64,000 nucleotides of DNA. It comes from Mobula hypostoma (lineage: Eukaryota). The translations under genes were made by a program, and so were the position numbers. This document shows, one piece after another, positions 63,722 through 64,000 of this stretch. Where the stretch lies: assembly GCF_963921235.1 (NCBI RefSeq), contig NC_086108.1, positions 85,190,001 through 85,254,000 on the forward strand. Direction: 5' to 3'. The notes under the pieces are model-generated. The model was not told the origin of the DNA and searched no databases. It saw only the letters and a list, made by a program, of their open reading frames with translations. Position 1 is the stretch's first letter. The number at the start of each line of letters is the position of its first letter.

Positions 63722-64000
63722 AAGCACAGTGGTGAGCACAATCGCTTTACAGTGCCAGTGATCATCAATTGGGGTTTGATTCCCTCGGCTGTCTGTAAGG
63801 AGTCTGTACGCTCTTCCCATGACTGTGTGAGTTTCCTCCGGATGCTCCAGTTTTCGCCTGCATTCCAAAGACGTACTGTATAGTTAGGGTGATTGAACTG
63901 TGAGCATGGTATATTGACTGTTGGAAGCGTAGCAACACTTGCAGGCTGCCTCCTGCTTAATACTTGGACTGTGTTGGTTGTTGACACCATAGTCCAAATC
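63722..64000 (+). mobile_element. tRNA-derived V-SINE-type SINE
   Basis: ggggtttgattccc..ctgtaaggagtctgtacgctc..gtttcctccggatgctccagttt..ccaaagacgtac. Confidence 0.75.

Overview
Repeat-dense vertebrate genomic DNA, most likely intronic or intergenic. The repeat complement (V-SINE-type tRNA SINEs, CR1, Rex1/Babar, RTE, Tx1, Neptune-like Penelope elements) suggests a cartilaginous fish, which is an inference. No intact host gene is recognisable, only a few weak candidate exons. Almost all ORFs in the track are transposon fragments or noise. The most notable content is a family of Penelope-like retroelements (PLEs; RT plus GIY-YIG endonuclease) whose 3' regions carry a minimal type I hammerhead ribozyme, with 6 intact and about 10 decayed copies. 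Four insertions share an inverted architecture: a full tail at one end, an inverted copy lacking the last ~35-40 nt at the other, and ~13-bp target-site duplications (TSDs). The largest (28971-33112) also carries an inverted copy of ~365 bp of its own downstream flank, forming a near-perfect palindrome with ~1.07-kb arms. Also present: an old Gypsy LTR element containing a full-length non-autonomous LINE-derived insert, and Tc1, hAT and Harbinger transposase relics. TE boundaries are read by eye and approximate unless a TSD is given.
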